The position numbers and the translations under genes are program-made. A DNA stretch of 64,000 nt, from positions 248,001 to 312,000 of the forward strand of contig NW_026515687.1 in assembly GCF_025526975.1 (NCBI RefSeq), read 5' to 3'. The notes beneath the pieces are model-generated. The model was not told the DNA's origin. It made no database searches and saw only the letters and a list, made by a program, of their open reading frames with translations. Every line of letters begins with the position of its first letter. Within the stretch, counting starts at the first letter, position 1. This DNA comes from Fimicolochytrium jonesii. Taxonomy: Eukaryota. This document shows, one piece after another, positions 59,901 to 64,000 of the stretch.

Positions 59901-62900
59901 TACAAGCGCATGTTGCGTTGCTCCAACTCGAAGCGGAGCCGAGTCTTGTCGTCCATAGGCGGAGCGGCCGCTACAGCTTTATTTTCATCCGCAGCAGCTT
60001 CAGACGTGGCGTGAACTTCCTGATCGTCGTCCAGATTTTCGTCGGCTTCCTCTGGATCCTCGTCGTCCCCGTACCCGCCGCCCATGCTCTTCTTGAAGGC
60101 CTCAAACTCATCGTCTATGGACAAGGGGTTGGCGTTGGCGACCGGCTCACCCCAATCAAGGCCCCCGGCTGCCTTAGCGGGCGGCGGTGAACTTGGTGCC
60201 CCCCAATCGAAACTATCTGACGCTGTTGGCTTCTTCGGAGATGAGGCCGGAGCGCCCCAGTCGTATCCGCCAGCGCTATCTGAAGTCGACGGCTGCGAGG
60301 CAGGAGCGCCCCAGTCAAGATCAGCAGCTCTACTGGGTGGGTCCTCTTTCTTGGGCGTAGCAGGAGCACCCCAATCGAAATCAGATGCCTTCGCTTTTGG
60401 TTCTTCATGCGCAGAAGTCTCCGCCGGTGCGCCCCAATCAAAGTCAGCCGCTCGGCTCTTCGGCTCTTCAGCAGTGGAAGACGCGGGAGCGCCCCAATCG
60501 AAGTCACCAGCCTTCGCGGGCGTTGCATCCACCGCCGCAGCCTGTGAACCACTGCCAAAAGCATCAAAGTCCAGATTCCCGCCAACATACGAATCAGAAG
60601 GCGGCGCTTTGAGTTCCACAATGGCTTCGTCTCCGATATATTGCCCGATGAGTGCATCGGCTTTCCTAATGATATCCAACGCGAGGCCAGGGCAACCCAG
60701 CCGCTCGTAGGCCTGTGCACTTCGGTACACGAACTCTCCTTCCAGGTCTCGAGGGATGCGAGGTTGTGGATAGCGCATGGTCCGATATGAGCGTCGCAGA
60801 TGGTGGTAAAATAGCACGAGAGTGGGATCCAGGAAGGATTGAGGATTAAGGGCCGTGGTAGGTGGGTCCGGCAGCCTTTCTTGAAGGGATGATAAGGGTT
60901 CCTACGCCGCGTATTAGTACACATTCATTCCAGATGTCAAATTATTGTCAGCTTACCAAGATGGCCAACAGTGCAGCATCCTTGTCCTTCAGAAGCGTGA
61001 ATCCCATGCTAGCCAGCCATCGATCGCCCTTCTCGAGCGCACTCGGAATGATGCTGGTCAACAGTGTTTCCTTCAGCGTCTTACTTTCTTCCCCTGTTTG
61101 ACGAAAATGAGTACGGGTTTCCAAGCCGTTGCAGAAGAGGTGTGAAAAGGCCACGAACCTTCATAGAGCCGACATAGAATGATGGCAAGCTGTGGATCAT
61201 TCAACTGCTTCAGACAGACGCTAACGGCGTCTTTCAGTTTGTCCGCAAGGAGAAAGAACGCGACGGAGTTCTCTGCTCAATCGTTAGACGAAGGCGTCCT
61301 AAGTATGCAATCAAACAGTTCGTACCATATCGCTGTTTGCCCAGCAACGCAAACGCATTCTTCATAGCAGCACTCCTCCACCTCTCCTCCTCAAAATCAT
61401 TTCCAAGGAACTTCAACATAGCCGCTTGTTCCGGGTGTGAATTTGCCAGCTTCCACAATCCCAGCAGTACATTCTTCTTCTTCAGCGCAATGTAGAACAG
61501 AGCACAGTCTACGGGATTTCGGGTGTCGTCCTTGCCCATGTACTGGTTTCGCGCGATTGTCTCCATGGTTTTCCGCATGGTTTCTGGGTTGCGGAGCCAG
61601 TAGCCTAATCCGAGAGATTTCGCGTCGCTCCACAAGACTTTGTTGTTGCAGGCTTGGGTGACGACTTCTAGGAGACTGTCCTATATTGCATTGGATCTCC
61701 TTTGAATGGATGGGACCACATGGACCTTATCATAAGGGATGCTCGCTCACCTGAGACTCGCTGAAAAATGCCCACACAATATCTCTCGAAGTCAGAGCCG
61801 TCCGCTTTGACTGCGAAGGAAGTGACGTTTGCGAAAACATGAACAGCCTCATAAACAGCATATAGCGAACGCCATTCTCATCCATAGACCGCTTCTGCTT
61901 TTCGACCTGCAAGAACTAACGTCAATGCAAAAGCATTTGGCGTGTGGCCAGCAAGACTGTCGATCGTACCTGAACAAACGTGTCAATCACCGCCAACAGC
62001 AGCATCTGTTCATGGCCAGTCACGTTCGGCAGAGAGACGGTTGCGAGCTTCTCGGACAGATATGCGGCAGCTTCGTCGGGGAATTCACCAACTTTCGGTT
62101 CCTTGCTAACAAAACAGAGGTTACGATTGTGCAATGATGTACCTTCCCGTGTTGTGATAGAACGCGATACTTACTGGCCGCCGTCCTCATCAAATCCAAA
62201 AAGGGAGTCGTAGTCTCGCTCTCTGCGGTTGTCTGGCTGTGGAGCAAGGTCGGGCGTTGGACAGTCAGAAGAGAAGTGCGATACCGTGAAACAGTGGAGG
62301 GCAACTCACGTCTTCTTCAGCAAAGAACTTCCACAGCGGCATGGGCGTCTCGGTTATGGCTTTGCCAGTCTCGCTCATCAACTTGACGAAATGATATAGG
62401 AGCGACAAACTATATCGGACGAAATCGAATTTCCCTGATGAAACAACGGTGATTAGCAGCCTACAACCGGAAAACTCCAGACGACCACTTCGCATCCCAT
62501 CGTATACGTACCCCACAACAAATATTGCATCAGCAAATGTGGGTGATGATCCGGAAGCCTCCCATTCTTATCATCAACCACCGTAAATATATGGTCCAGC
62601 CGTGTATCACTCGCATTCTCTTGCGCAATCAATCCCGCCTGCTCATCAGCCTGGATCCACTTATCATACACCCTTACTTGCAGCGTCGTAGCAACCATCA
62701 AAGATCCATTCGGCAGCCATGACACCGCAGTGGTGGTCTCCTGCCATGAGAGATCGATCGAGCTGATGACTTCCCATACTATGGGATCCTCGGGGAAGAC
62801 CAGACGACATTGGCTGTATATGGCAACACGGTTCGCGGTTCCGATGACGAGAAGGTGCTGGCCGTCTGAAGACATGAACCAATCCAGGGCGACGATTGGG

Positions 62901-64000
62901 GTGGTGAGCTTGGTGGACCATTCTTTTTTCATCTCGAGGCCAGTGGCTTCGTTGCTCCAGATGGAAAGGTCGCTTCCACTTTCGAAACTGCTGACTATGG
63001 CCATTTTGCCGAATGCGTCCGTCTCGAACTTCGACACGTTCTCTGCGTCGATATCAAACTCCGCGACAACACGCCACGCGGCCTCATCCGCCACAGCAGG
63101 AACATCTCCATCGCCTGTATCCAAAAGCGATGCCAAACTCCCGTTGCCACAATGCCAGAACCGAACCCGCTTGTCAGAGGAGTACGTGAGAAATATGTGA
63201 GCTCCCAATGGCGAATGAGGGTAGAAACTCAAGCTCAGATCGTCCGTCGGTAGGGTGAGAAATATATCTGACGGTTGGAGACCCGTAGAGGCGTTCAACT
63301 CGCTGCTGTGAATGAGTGACGTGAATTGCAATGTGTTTCCTGGATAGCAGTGTTAATTGCATGTCCATTGCGTATGCATTGCTTTCACTGACATACGTTC
63401 GAACCGTAGAGACCATGTTTGAATCTGCCCCGTCCGCTTGGCAATCCCAACCAGGAAGACGTTAGCGGCATCGCTCTGCCCGGCGTCCGAATCACCTGCT
63501 TTTGCATCAGCATCCACATATGCGTGGACATATGCAAGTGGTTCTGAGAGCTCCTTTGACGGTAGGTCGCCCAGAGATTGCGCTTTATTGCCTTCCAATG
63601 TGTATACAGTCAACTTCCCAACCTGTTGCAGGACGAAGAATAGACCTTGTGGAGAGCACCTGTGAGTTAGGGCGCTTTTGTTTTCAAACGCCGAGGAGTA
63701 CAACATACCATGTGGAAGCCAAACGACGGACGTAGAGTCTGCGTCCACGTTCTCCTCCGGAGGTATCGTTGCTATCGACGAAAGGCCGTCCGTAGTCCGA
63801 AGTCCCATCTGAAGCAATGTTTGAGTATTTGCCGAGCCTCGTTGGGTACTCGTTTGAGAACTGACCTGAGGAGCGCTACTCCTAAAGATCATAACTTCCG
63901 CATCTTTCGCTATCGTCGCGACATACGGAAGGCGGGGGTGCCGTATGACCTTGTGCACCGCTTTCCTGTGTCCATTCCAAGAATGGTAATGCGCCAAGCG
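56918..64000 (-). CDS. RAV1: RAVE complex subunit Rav1 / DmX-like (rabconnectin-3 alpha) WD40 protein, 5'-partial
   Basis: Multi-exon. Rav1 C-domain motifs LPDHHPHLLMQYLLW, MDENGVRY, WAFFSESQ, LGLGYWL, ALFYIALKKK, RWRSAAMKNAFALLGKQRY, plus C-terminal WD40 repeats. Start lies beyond the window. Confidence 0.9.

Overview
Gene-dense eukaryotic DNA with short GT-AG introns. It is fungal, and by gene content and intron style probably an early-diverging (chytrid-like) lineage, which is an inference. About 15 host genes can be rebuilt by hand-splicing: a PXA2-like peroxisomal ABC transporter, TTI1, two PPR proteins, gamma-tubulin, a Zn2Cys6 transcription factor, a CorA Mg2+ transporter, a repeat-rich GPI-type surface protein, a ~2,200-aa DEDDy 3'-5' exonuclease, a BRO1 protein, an Egh16-like secreted protein, an AlkB-like dioxygenase and the 3' part of RAV1/DMXL. 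Three loci stand out. (1) A 7-exon, decaying Fanzor1 (eukaryotic TnpB-like RNA-guided nuclease) gene at 35497-39265 (-). Three of its introns carry extra DNA, including an antisense gamma-glutamylcyclotransferase-like gene fragment, and a hairpin-forming candidate omegaRNA region follows the stop. (2) An apparent in-frame fusion of PIG-M/GPI14 with PIG-H/GPI15 at 13632-15949. (3) A spliced TET/JBP-like dioxygenase gene with an altered iron-binding motif at 27982-29608. All family calls come from motif recognition by eye; no searches were run.
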